Positions 12,734-25,317 of a stretch of DNA of 64,000 nucleotides are shown one piece after another. The notes under the pieces were generated by a model, which did no database searches, was not told the origin of the DNA, and worked only from the letters and a program-made list of their open reading frames with translations. This stretch comes from Adineta vaga (taxonomy: Eukaryota; Animalia; Rotifera), in contig CP075495.1 in NCBI GenBank assembly GCA_021613535.1, positions 15,748,001 through 15,812,000 on the forward strand, read 5' to 3'. The translations under genes and the position numbers were made by a program. Each line of letters opens with the position of its first letter. Positions within the stretch are counted from its first letter, which is position 1.

Positions 12734-13583
12734 CGTTGTCACATAAAATCATAAGAAAAAATGGTAGTAAATATTAGCAATAGAGGTGAAGGTGAGGGTA
12801 CAGCAACTGCTTCACTTTTATGTTCACTACTTGTTAGAACCATTTTTTTCTATTTATTCTTTTACTATCCTACTGAACAAAGATCAACCAATATGTTAAT
12901 AAAATTAATTTTAAAAAGTTTCTTTTTACAAGGAATGATCCTTGTTTTTTTTCTGTAAAACATTAATAAATTGATCGATATCTGCACATTTTTATTTCAT
13001 TAAATGAAGAAAGAGAAAGTTTCGATTTTATTGCATTTGCTTTTGTTTAAAATATTTATTAATTACCGTGAGAGTCTCGCCATGGATGGTTGTGGATTAA
13101 AAGAAAACACCTACACCCTCATCCTCACACTCTCAAATACAAGTTCAAACATAATATTTGCAAGCAAATATTTTTTTTATATAGATAAATGAAGAGACAA
13201 GACAAACATACGGAATGAAACATATTATTACAGGAAAATAACAGAAAAGAAACACGTGTTGTAAATCATTATTCTGTTTTGTTATGTTTTTGGTTAATAG
13301 AATTTGGAAATTGATTAGGAATTTTTCGATTTTTCAATTAATTATATCAGTTGTTATTCCATTTCGTTATGGATCAATAAATCGTCAATATCTTCGTGTT
13401 CGTTGTATACATTCCTTATTGTCATTAACATATACTTTTATTAGAGATGAATTATCATGCATCTGAAACATTATTTCGTTTAAAACCATTAGTTGAATTA
13501 GATCCATTAGTCGATTCAATATCTGTTCTTAAAGTAATTTGTTCTGCATTTACATTTGATGTTACTATTTCTAAGAGTGAACG

Positions 13584-15025
13584 TACGATAGCCAAAGCAT
13601 TTTTTTGCGACCCCTGCTTAATTAATATCTCAGATTTCAACGAAATTTTGTCAGCATATAGTCCCAAGTGATATAGGGAAAGGCTGAAAATTTCAACTTC
13701 TAAAATCTTTCCGCTCTTGAGATATTGAACCCACACCCTCAAGCACCCTCAGGTCAAAAATGACTATCATTGATGTGGAACATCTAGTGTGTTTCATCAT
13801 TCTTCAACGATAATGTTTTCAGAACTGAGATTTTGCAAATGTATACTACCGTAGGTGTACCACATACTGACACACTCAAAACGAATATTGGTCGTATCAG
13901 CCAATATAGAAAGGTCCTATGAATCTTACATACCCTGCCTACGTTGTGGTTAGACTCATTTTCACTTATGAGTGAATTAAGAGCTCTCGCTTGGGAATTA
14001 AGTAGTGGTATCCTGATTGTTGATATTCATCGCATAGAAATTTATTCGATGCTGAGACACATAATATGCATGGAAAATATCTAAACTATGAAGCGGTTAC
14101 TATGATATTAGCTGTTTACTACCTCTCATTTTACATACCTACAGACTCTTTACCATATTTCACTGTAAAAAGAAGCGTCGAATTACAAACCCTCGAAAAG
14201 GATTGATGGTCGCGACATGAACCCTTTTTAGGTTAATGAACGTAAAGTACCCTCTCATAAACCCTTGTTTTCATAAACGTTGGTGAGGGTTTCTTATACG
14301 TTGCACTTTCATAAACCCTTTAAGGTAGATGAGCATTCATGTACCCTTAAAAAGTTTGTTCGTGTACCCTTTAGAAGAACCGTAGAAAAGAAAAGCTGTT
14401 TTCGAGGGTTTATGAAGTTAATGAACCCTTTAAGGGTATACGAAAGTGCAACGTATAAAATACCCTTCCTAGAACTTATGAGGTTAATAAACCCCTAAAA
14501 AGGGTTTATTATTCTTCGCTTTTTTTTACAGTGTTGTATACATAAAAGTCGAAAGGCCAGATTTTTGAAAACTGTTATCAATAGATTTAGAGTGCTACTA
14601 CTTAATTCCCAAGCGGGAGCTTTTAACTCACTCATAAGCGAAAATGAGCCTGACTACAAGATAGACAGGTCATCTATGACCTATGATATTTGGCTATATT
14701 CTCTAATACGGCCAATCATGATTTCGGGTATGTCAGTATGTTGGGTACCTATAATAGTGTATACCCACAAAGTTTCATGACTTTAAACCTTATTGTTAAG
14801 AAATGGCAGAATGCACAATGTATATGACTTACATCCATTATAATCAATTTTGACTTTAGGTGGTACTATTGTGGATTCAATTTCTCGAGAAAGGAAGAGT
14901 TTTAAGAGCTAAAATTTTCAGCATTCTCATATTTCACTGAGCGCTACATACCGGCAAAATTTCATCGAAATCTGAGATATCGATTGAGCAGAAGGTGTCG
15001 TGATTTTCGTGCATTGACTCCTGTG
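13584..15025. mobile_element. Old DNA transposon relic bounded by ~180-bp diverged inverted repeats
   Basis: 13584-13765 is the approximate reverse complement of 14845-15025 (ATATCTCAGATTTCAACGAAATTTTG vs CAAAATTTCATCGAAATCTGAGATAT; GCTGAAAATTT vs AAATTTTCAGC). No clear TSD. Confidence 0.55.
14161..14533. mobile_element. 373-bp foldback MITE with CACTG termini (CMC/CACTA-like), nested in the element above
   Basis: TIR CACTGTAAAAAGAAGCG / CGCTTTTTTTTACAGTG. Internal inverted block TATACGTTGCACTTTC / GAAAGTGCAACGTATA; repeated AAACCCT/AGGGTTT units; possible TT TSD. Confidence 0.8.
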
Positions 15026-15596
15026 CATAATCATCGAGTCTGGTGATGTTTCTCTTTTCGCATCGATTGCTGACATCTGTGAATGACATTTTAATATTTG
15101 AACTCAAAATGTATTTCTATTTTATTTCTTTGTGACGAAAGTATTACTTACTTTTTGAATATTCTGAAAGTGGAACTATGTCAGAGTGCGCTTAAAGGTG
15201 TTTTCAAGTAGGACGAATTTGTTTACATCTAAAGAAAGAGAAATTCGTTATGAGGGTGTAATGAATCGCTGTGACAATGTATCAATGGATCATATCTGAA
15301 ACAAGAACTTCATTGTGTTTAGGAATAAATGATACATGATGACGTTATATCTATTGATTCGTTTTCTTAATACTTACGCAACTAATCTAATGAGAAAATT
15401 TTGTTTTCTGATGAACTAAGTGTCTTACTCGTTGCGAATGAAGAAACAAGAAAAACTAATCAGCCACCCTTTTCTTTCGAGAAAGAAAGAACAATAACAA
15501 AAGAATAGAATTAGTTGGTGTATATAAAATAAGTGAAAATGATCGATCAATCACACTATTTCTGGAGATCTCACACATATCCAGTGAAATCGAATT

Positions 15597-16493
15597 ATGT
15601 CTGTTCGCTACCCAAATTCGTCTCAAGTAAATCGCTTTCCTAATCATTTGATTTTGATTTACTAAGATTTACGCATTTAGACACCATCGACAAATGTTAA
15701 TACCAATAGAAACAATCTTTCATCGGAACTGAGTACCTACGCGTAAGTCAGGATTCGAAATATTCTAACTAATAATGTCATTATATGATAGAGTCGTCAG
15801 AACAACATCCACGGCAAAGATTATTTCAGCTGTTGTATTCACAATTATTGTTGTAACTTTACTTATAGCTGCCGTCGCAGTGCCATTAGCACTTGCATTA
15901 ACTAATACAGGGCCTTTTTCAACAACTACATCAAGTAGTACGACCACCACCACTGTAGCTACCACCACTATAGCGACCACCACTGCAGCGACCACCACCG
16001 TAGCCACCACCACCGTAGCCACCACTACTGTAGCGACGACTGGTGAGATAATTTTCTTGTCTTAACATTCAACTATAATGTTAATGTTTTCTAAACGATT
16101 GCTTTAGCTGTGTCTACAACTAGTTCATTTTCTGAATGTTCATCTTATACTACTATTTCCGATGCAACACGATTAACTACAGCTGCTAGTGGTAGTACAT
16201 GTGATACGTCAACATTTTTTTCAAATGTCACATGGGTTCGATTCACCGGAGCAGGTGGAACGCAACTTGCAACAACTGCTCCATCTGCAAATCAATGTGG
16301 CTCAGCTTCTACTGGTTGGTATTCAACTTCATTACCATCGTCAGGTACAACAGTGAATGGAACAGTATGTTATGTATGGAGTGGTAACAACTGCAATTGG
16401 TCAAATACAATAAGAGTAACTAACTGTGGTTCATTCTATGTATTTGGTCTCATTGCTCCTCCCGCATGCAATCTTCGTTATTGCACTGTATGA
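15597..16493 (+). CDS. Type II membrane protein with Thr-rich mucin stalk and C-terminal UMOD/GP2/OIT3-like D10C (D8C) domain
   Basis: Exons 15597-15626, 15681-15742, 15792-16042, 16108-16493 splice in frame (MSVRYPNSSQ|TPST...). TM segment IISAVVFTIIVVTLLIAAVAVPLALAL; (TTTVA)n; WVRFTGAGGTQL..CG....GW..VCY..C.W...I.V.NCGSFYVF.L..P.C.LRYCT. Confidence 0.85.
15943..16040 (+). repeat. Coding 15-bp tandem repeat (ACCACCACTGTAGCN)x~6 encoding TTTVA
   Basis: Directly visible in the sequence. Confidence 0.9.
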
Positions 16494-17429
16494 ACAAGAA
16501 AAACTAAACTTTTATCGATTTTGTATGATCTATTGGTTCCTTTCTAATTTTTTTCGAAATAAAACGTTTGAACTCCATTTTTACAGAAATTTTTAATTTG
16601 AATTCTTTCTCAAATTATGCAAATGTGAATAGAGATGAGATTGTTACGAGTATATTTTCTAAAACATGACTTCTCATTTGTGTTTTTTCACTTGAGACGA
16701 TTTTCTCCAAAGAATGCAATCCGTTTGATTTATAATTTTTTTTAGTTAATGACGTCACTATAGATATTCTTTCAACACTTTGATTGCCCGAGAAAGCGAA
16801 TAAAAGAAAGGTGATGAATCTTTCACTGCTTACAACACATTTTTTCAACTATAAGACTTGTCATCATACATAGCAAGGAATATGTTTCTTCTATTAACGT
16901 CTGCCGAAATGAAATGCTATTGATAAATTACACGACGAAGAATAAATACTAGGACAAACGTTCTTCACTTTTCTTATAATAAAACCGTTTAAACAAACTA
17001 TGAAAAGAATCACAATGATAAGTTAAATATAAACTATTGTATACCAAAGTTACAAATATCAGTTCCTTCACTTGGTATACTTGATTAACTTTCGTTGCTA
17101 ATACAATCAAGACTATTCGTTCATATTTATGGACTTTGTGAAGGTTATTTCGTATCGAAGTATTTGTTCATACATAAAGTCTGATAAGTCCTGCGATGTA
17201 GAAAACGTATTATTAAATATCAATAGATATCTTTTATCAATTTTCATATATTCTGAAAATGATTTATTTACGAATCACAACGATGGATTACGAATAGAGC
17301 GTGTTAACAACATGTAAATAGAATAATATGAACACTGATATTGAATGTAGTGTTGTATATCGCGTTGTGAAGTAATTCAAGGACAGTAACTTGGAAAAAC
17401 CTTTGTATTTGGTCTGTTCTAGTATCATC

Positions 17430-17802
17430 GTCTTTTACAAATTCGAAAAAACGATTCTTTGAAAGTTTCTCTATAAAAATTCGATGGAAGAACAAATAAA
17501 ACAAAGACAAGTATCGATGGTGTGAATGAAATAAAATTACCACAAATATGACTATAAATGACGAGAGACATCTGTGCATCCCGATAATAAAGATATGGGC
17601 AGGCGTGGGATTGATAAGAGAAGTAGAATTATAGAACTCATGAAAAGTTGTTTATGTGCATTCCATTGTTCATGGATATACTGTTTATACGTTTGCCTCT
17701 TTTTAGCTTCTGCTTGTTGTCGTGCACTTCGAATAATGATGAATAATGAACAGAAAAGATTTGCAATGAATGGACAAAAAAGATGAATAAATAAAATAGT
17801 TG
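17430..17802 (-). pseudogene. C-terminal 7TM (TM5-TM7) fragment of a GPCR-like receptor, truncated by the adjacent element
   Basis: TILFIHLFCPFIANLFCSLFIII..HKQLFMSSIILLLLSIPRLPISLLSGC. After a frameshift: YFISFTPSILVFVLFVLPSNFYRETF. Confidence 0.6.
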
Positions 17803-18208
17803 TTCCCTCGACTATAAGGAGGGTCATATGAAAAAGAAATAGTTTGTTTGTTTGTAAATTTGTGTCAGGGTCAAAGGTCAAAAAAACATTTTTTTCTAAA
17901 ATCATCTCAAACATCAAAAACTGATAGTAGGAGGGGGTTAGGTCTAGTGGGAGTGAGTTGTGAAGGGGGTGTGGGTGTTGGGTGATACTATGGGTGGGTG
18001 TATGGACCTGGGTGTTGGGTGATATCGGTTTTACAAAAAAAGTTATTATTTTGTTCGCGAAGGTTACTACACATTTCAGCAGTAACATTTGAGCGGTTTT
18101 CTCGTATGGTAAGTTGGCGGATCAATTCGTCCCACTATTTAGTCTAAATAAAAATACCTGTTCTCCACAGTCGAGGGTTGAGTGAGTCGGCACAACGAGC
18201 GTTACTAA
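17803..18208 (+). mobile_element. Non-autonomous Helitron/Helentron-type element, short copy
   Basis: 5' TTCCCTCGACTATAAGGAGGGTCATATGAAAA, (GTTT)n and TGTCAGGGTCAAAGGTCA; G-rich core. 3' AGTCGAGGG (18169-18177) is a perfect inverse of 5' CCCTCGACT, followed by an imperfect hairpin and GAGCGTTACTAA. Confidence 0.75.
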
Positions 18209-18259
18209 TATATATCATCATTTATTGAAGACATCTCTTATTTCAATATTTTTTCTTAG

Positions 18260-19060
18260 ATATTGGTTTGCTCATAGTTAGTAGACAATTTCGATGAACG
18301 AGTAAAATATACTTCGTTGATTTTGTTCACAATGTTACATGAATTAGGTCATTGGGCTTTCTTTAAATATGGTTGTAATCTTATAATGATAAAATATATA
18401 CTCCTATTGGTAAGTTGAAGAAAGAGTTCGAGATTAGATTTATTCTGTGTTTTTTTCATTTTACTAGGAATTTTAATGGAAGAGTCAGGCAATGCAATTG
18501 AGAATTTACTTTTCGGATTTCACATGCAGCATTATGGTTCTGCTGATCCGAAGTTTCATGTATGTAATCATAATAAACCAGTTTTGTTTTACAATAAATG
18601 TGTAATACTCAGAGTAATCAATTCCGTTTGAAGTTCTTTTTAGGAATAATTAGCGCTGATGAGAAATAGTTTTTATCCATAGTTCAACTGTATAAATCAC
18701 ATTAGAATTTTGCACAACAAAAGATACATAATTTAGAGTGTTTATCATACGTTTTGTTTTTGCTTTTAGGTGGATGATATCATTACGAAAACCAACATTA
18801 TGACACAATATCGTATTGTTCCTAATCAATATTTACAGAATCTCTTCCAACTTCAAACATATCAAAGTAATAAATTAAAATAATCCAGCGTAGATTTCGT
18901 TTATTGTCTATTGGAAATGTTTAGATGTAACTCAATTATCATCACTTCAAATCTCTAAACAATTATTTTTATCTTCTCTTGTATTAGATGAAGAACTAAT
19001 GAAACTCCAAGGCAAACGTGTATTTGATCCAACTGACGACCCGAAATTAATGTTATTATC
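18260..19060 (+). pseudogene. Intron-containing pseudogene of an HExxH zincin-like protein
   Basis: Exons read KYTSLILFTMLHELGHWAFFKYG | EESGNAIENLLFGFHMQHYGSADPKFH | VDDIITKTNIMTQYRIVPNQYLQNLF. In-frame TAG and a frameshift; 5' end abuts the Helitron-type element. Confidence 0.5.
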
Positions 19061-20070
19061 GAAAAATTTCATAAATAACGTTAATAAACGAATAGTCAAT
19101 CTATTTCATGTTTTATCTCTTTCGTTTTCTAACTTTGTTACTTTATCTAATTCTTGTTTTTTTCTTATCAATTATTACTATTGCCGAAAAAATGATCAAT
19201 CTTTTCTACTAAAACGATGTGAACAAATGTAAAGAGAGTATTCATATTTACGAATGAGTTTTTCTCAGGATCAGTTTTACATATTGATGAAAATGTAGGG
19301 ACGTTTGATACTATTGTTCGAAAAATATTAGACACCGTTTCTTCCGTATTTCAAGGTTAAAACTCATTTGTTTTTTTAAACGTGAGAAAAAAAAACAATC
19401 GAAAATAGGAAACGACAAAAGTATATGAAAAACCTTTTCTTTTATTGAATTCGATGTTTGATAAAGAATTTCTTTGGATCTATATCGAAGGATTTGTTTT
19501 CATTGAATAAATAATCAAATGTCCAATAATGTAAACGAAGTTGAGCAGGAATTGAAAGTGCTTGAATTCGTTGAATAGTTTACGTGTAATATCAATATGA
19601 TGATCACCCATTCGATAAACAGATAAACGAAGCATATGTGGAATTTATGCAACTTTAAATCGATCCTATGTTAACACTTCTTCAGTAATTGATTATGCTA
19701 TATCTAATCATTCAAATCAAAGATCATCTTGAATTGATTTTCAATCTCCTATTTGAAATAAAGAAAAAGAAAAAATTTCAATCTATAATCCCTTATAAGC
19801 AGTTTATGTCAATGTTACATGTAATCAATTGTTTTTATTATCAAAAATTACAAATAGAAAGTTCAGAATTATCTTTCTGTTTGTACATTTATTATAAAGA
19901 CTTCTATTTTATCTGATAATAAACGTGATTCAAATTATTATCCTTGAAAAGTATTTACACTAAGTTTAAAATGTTTGAAAGAAATAACATCACGTACATT
20001 GTTATAATGATAAACTATACGTACAGTCGTTTGTTCTGTTCTTTTTTATTTGAAAAGAAAGTTAAAAGAA

Positions 20071-20899
20071 ATGAATAGACATAAGTCAAACAAATATGTT
20101 GAGAATATTTTATTAGAAATTCTTGATCGGTTTGTTTGTTAAATGATTTTATTTCTTTTTTTATATGAAAATTTTCTTTAGACCTGATCATTGGCTTAAG
20201 AAAAGTAAATCAGAAAAAATTAATATTGAAAAATTTGATGCATATGAAATTGCATTTGCTTTCCTTCAACAATGTCAAGATTTGGTTCTTATTAAAGCAC
20301 AAAAAGTTTATAAAAATATTCTTTATTTCTTTTTTTATTTAAAGTAAAAATTAATTTTTAATATAGATCATTGTTTTATATAAAAATCGAAAATTACATT
20401 TCGTTGTTCGTAATTTAAAATGTAAATAATTATTTTCTTATTTCTTTATAATTATATTATTAATATAAATTTATAATTAGATGCAAATTTAAATATGAAT
20501 TTAACTTCTATTCCAAATACTACAGTTCAATTTATCTATCGTCAAATTCTCTTCAGGTTTGTTTAGTTTTTTATTTTATTTCTTATCAACAAATAATAAT
20601 CTTCTTGTTTTAGTCAAATAAAATGGCCTAAAATTATTCTTAAGAATTCAAAAGAAAATTCACCAAATATATCTCGATTATTTTCAATTAATAATACATT
20701 AATTAATCAAGAATATCAATCAATTGATAATTTAGATGAAACAATTCAAAGTAAAATTTAATTAATTTTTATTTTTCTATGATTATTATATAAATTCTTC
20801 TCTTTAGATGATAATTCAACATCAGAAAATCAACATGTTGAAGAAAATCATGTTCGAAGTACTATTTTCATTCATTTCAATCATAATGATCAAGAATAA
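20071..20899 (+). CDS. Multi-exon hypothetical protein
   Basis: Short exons separated by ~55-bp GT-AG introns (MNRHKSNKYVENILLEILDR|PDHWLKK...AFAFLQQCQDLVLIKAQK|...NHNDQE*). No recognised domain. Confidence 0.55.
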
Positions 20900-21465
20900 T
20901 ATTTGAATTATGTTTATTCATTCATTTTACTTGATATTTCTGTAGACTGAATCGTTCTATAACGAGTAGAATTTATTCTTAACAATCTGTATCAATTTTT
21001 TTGAAAAGATCAGAAGAAAAAGCTCGAATAAACGATATGATTTTCAATAGATTTCATGATAAAAATATAGAATTATTAAAAAATTATTTTGAATAATCAT
21101 ATCTGTTAATAAACTGTAATATTTTCATCAAAACTAAGAGATAGAAATGTTCTGAACAAAGGTGAGTGAGAATGAATATCAAAGACATCTTATTCACATC
21201 CTATGCACATACTTTGCTCTTCTTCTTCAATGAAGTTAATCAAAGCAAGTTTAATGTTATATGGTAAAAATCACATGTGCTGCCTAATTCTAGTTCGAAT
21301 ATAAATGCACATTCAGCTATTTGATATCATTTCGAAAATAAATCATTATCCATCAAAAATAATGACTAGGAGCGCTTTTTAGAAGTCGAATTAGACAGCT
21401 ATTCATTATACAATAGATATGTTGTATTCGAAGATATCAAGTAAAATAACGACTCAACTTTATTT

Positions 21466-22700
21466 TCAATAAATTATTACTAAATTAGATGAATTATTAG
21501 TTAGAAAAGAAGATGAATTGAAATGTTTTGAATGTCTTTGAAGAATAATTTGCCATGTTGAATCAAAATCTGAATAAATTTCTTTTCCTCGATGTAATGG
21601 TGTTGAACAAACAAGTAAACGAGATTCTTCGCGAAAAAGTAATGAACAAGAACGTTGTGATTGTATTGTCATTAGTGACCATTTCGAACAACGAACTGAT
21701 GCTGCACCAGCTAATAAACCAGACATAAAAACATCTCCGACTAATGGAACATATTGATTTTCTAAAAATGAAAATGAAAATTATATTTATATTTATATTT
21801 ATATTCAATTGAAAAACTAAATATTAACCATAACAAAGTGATGCTCGATAAAGACGATTACGAATATATGATGAATAAACAAATCCAAATCCACTAAAAT
21901 TAAATTTTAAGAATTTAAATTAAAAAAAAAGAGAAAATAAATAAATCTTACCTACAATAATGTGGTAATCGTTGAGAATTCCAAGCTAATTGATGAATTT
22001 TATATTTTCCATTTCTAAAAGTTAAAATTCCTGACATATCAGTTCCACGAAATAAAGTCATTTTATTATAAGATAATGTTTCATTAAGAAAATCTTTAAT
22101 TAATTTATCTTTTTGAAAATATAAACTTTGTTTTGTTTGATTTGAAATAAAATATTGAATAATATCATTTAATAAAAATGTATCAACAATAAGATCATCA
22201 TCTGTTTTAAATAAATATGGAATATATGATGAATATAAATAAGACCATTTTAATGCACCTATTTCTTTATAAATAACATTTGCATAAGTATCTTCAATAT
22301 TTATTTGAATTAAATCATTATTTAATAAAGCTTCATTTTTTATTTCATTATTTATTGTTTGATTTAATGAAAGACCAATGAGAAAGATAAAACATATGGA
22401 ATTCAATTCTTTATAAATTCGTTTATTTGCCCATGTACGACGAATTGATTCTCGTCTTTGAATATTTTTTGATGTTGAAAAAATATAAACAAGTAAATGA
22501 TCATTATTTTTACATATTAATGAATAATTTAATGGAAAACTTTTAGTAAAATCAACATGAATATATTCTTTTGATGGTTTCGATATTTCAGGACATTTTT
22601 CAATATTAATCAAAGGAATTTCATTCGAAAGATTTTTTATTAAATAAATATTTAGTAAAATTATGAAAAAAACTATCAAAAATAAACGATTATATAACAT
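21466..22700 (-). CDS. Beta-1,3-galactosyltransferase-like (GT31) type II Golgi protein, 3 exons
   Basis: N-terminal TM; RRESIRRTW, FLIG, E...NNDLIQINIEDTYAN...K, FKTDDD (DxD), PHYCSGFGFVYS, GDVFMSGLLA. Confidence 0.9.
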
Positions 22701-22778
22701 GAATAAGAGGAAAAAGAACGATGAATTTGATATGTTGTCAAAAAGAGACCGTAGATTTTTAAAACTTTATGCATGATG

Positions 22779-22848
22779 TACTGTCAGAAGGGTAAAAAGT
22801 CGTTTTTGTCGTGCAATTAACGCGTAGTTTGGTTCACTTCTGACGATC
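22779..22848. mobile_element. Tiny MITE-like element (copy 2)
   Basis: TA|CTGTCAGAAG...CTTCTGAC inverted ends; homologous to 8519-8584. Confidence 0.5.
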
Positions 22849-23699
22849 ACGCACCACCAATATAATGAAAACTATATAGATGGCTGCACAAGCTAAATGT
22901 ATTCAAGGTGAAAACCATATTTAGACAAACTTTCTCACAATAAAAAATACATCATTCGAATCTATATTACATTTCGAATTTTTTTAATACCTGAATTTCA
23001 TGAAAAGACTTAATCTAGGTAAAATGTATCACTGGAACTAAAATCTGTCAATAAAAGTATAAGTCATGGGACGCGCTTTGACATCTAACCAGTATAGATT
23101 CTCACTTCATTAATGCGCTTTCACTACAGAAAAAGATTTTAGAATAATTTTTATACGAAAAAATGTATAATTTAATTTCAGACAAATAAGTATGTCTTAA
23201 TACGAATAAGTACATAACAATGCGCCATTGTATACAGAATTCAAAAAGCATAAAGATATATTGTACTCTTTAAGATATTGACATAACTTTAACTATTTAC
23301 CAAAAAATTATTCGTTGCGATTACATCTCAATAACCGCATACAATAATTAATGATCATTTTCTTCGATTAAATGCAATAAGATTATAATCCGTGTCAAGT
23401 TGTTATAATAATCGATGTTCTGATCTGATTGATGCAAATTTAATTCTGAGGAAAAAAAGCAAAGGCAATATACGAACGAAAAAGCTAAATAAATGTTCTG
23501 TAAACATAAATACATGTTGTAGATCATATAAGATTTCAATTGATTGAAATATGAAGTTGCACAAACTATTTGATTCAAAATAGAAGAGATAACAAAAAAT
23601 ATAAGTATTTCATCGTTACAAATCCTGATATTTTTCGATCAATAACGCTTTTTACAGTATACTCATATTGAAGTATATGTCGTTTCTCGTCTTTGTTTT

Positions 23700-25130
23700 A
23701 TGCATAATAATGACAAAAATCATTTATTTAATACGTCTAGATTAGTTTAATTTGATCAAAATAACGAAAATATATTATTATAATTGATATCAATGAATTG
23801 ATAAACGATGTGCAACGCTAACCGATGCGTATTTAACACCAAGAAAGAAAGCAAAACCTATACAGACAAAAAAACCAAAAAAATGTACGAAGAATATACA
23901 TATATGTAGAAGATCATAGAGAATTTCGATTGGTCGACAAGTAGTAATAGAAGCCATTTGATTAAGAAAAGACGAACTAATAACAAATATAAATATTTGT
24001 CGATACCAACAGAACCATTGATAAGGATTTTGAAGATAAGTAAGAGGAACATTGTTAAAATGTAATTGAGTCAAACAGATGAGAAAAAGAGAAACAACAG
24101 ATAGAATGATGTTGATATTGTTCATATGGATATAGAACTATTAATATTATCGATAGGAATCGTCGCTGATAATGCACATTGTGCTACAAACAGATAACAG
24201 AATAAAATTCATTAAATTAGATAAATCATTTGTTGAATAGCTGGAATAGTAGAAGATGTCAAATAATCGAATCTATTTTAGTTTCCATATACAAATATTT
24301 ACATGAAATCACGTGATGATGAGCAACTAATGGAATTAAACATTATTTTAATTGAAAATTCTCTCATTTAACTTACTAAAATCAGTCTAGAACTAGTTTC
24401 AATTTTCCACCTAAACTACTCAATGTCACAGCTTGTTCTTCTTCAAAAGATTCCTCTCACAAGGATATATAAATCAATAAGAATTTCTTAATATGAGTTT
24501 ATAGTCATAGAACATAATTGCTCTCGAAAAAAGATCAAATTATTCATATTAAATACTGACTACAAAAAACCATAAGTAGCTCGACTTGACATGTCGCAAG
24601 AAAAATTCGAAACGCTTCGCTATAATTAAACAACTAAGTTCATCTTCATTAGAATTGAAACCTCGTACTCTTGCTTATGTCATTGAAACTGATATATATA
24701 TATATATATTTCTTACTAGCAAAAGCCAATTGATAAGGTGTATATATTATTGATGATTGGTTCATTTTAGATAATGATAATTTAGCAATGTTCTCTAATC
24801 TTGTGTTTAGTAATTGTGAACAGATGCGAAAAGTAATGCATAAGAAAAATATAACAAAATACACAAATTGCACTCGAAGATACCAAATGAAAAAACGGAT
24901 AATCCTTGTTTTCAATCCAATAAATAATTATTATTAATCAAAATATACAACATAGCGATTGATGTTGTATACTCATTGTAACAATCTAGAGCGATCATTC
25001 CATACCCATTCTGCACTTTGATATTTGTCCTCTTATCGATCATATCTTCACCCACGCAGTTCTCTTTATCTGATATCATCCTCCAGATTTAGAATGCACT
25101 TGCTCTTTTATCGAATGTTCTTGTTTTAGT
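23700..25130 (-). pseudogene. Decayed multi-pass membrane protein gene, copy A
   Basis: Hydrophobic segments KTRIIRFFIWYLRVQFVYF... and MNNINIILS...YLQNPYQWFCW...FFLGVKYASV, with stops. Paralogous to 27090-28060. Confidence 0.5.
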
Positions 25131-25166
25131 GATAAGAACATTTTTCTGTCACGTATGATATTTTTC

Positions 25167-25304
25167 TGTAACGCGATACTGAATATTCCGAGTACTATGT
25201 ATAGGACGAGGAATATGCAGTAGAGCATGTCTTTTCTGGAATGAAATAAAGATATATTCACCATCATATTCCATCGTACGGATCCTAGTCCAGAAATTGT
25301 CACA
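25167..25304 (+). repeat. LTR (138 bp, TG...CA), followed by PBS TGGCGATCCTGGCAGGAG (25307-25324)
   Basis: TGTAAC...GTCACA with an internal AATAAA; near-identical inverted copy at 25914-26055. Confidence 0.85.
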
Positions 25305-25317
25305 ATTGGCGATCCTG

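Noticed and set aside
17552-18088. 178-aa ORF as a real gene
   Set aside because: It is a chimera of antisense transposon sequence and a GPCR fragment.
25076-25317. C-terminal hydrophobic extension of the 243-aa gag ORF as an env or TM domain
   Set aside because: It is read-through into the antisense PBS/LTR and flank, not a real domain.
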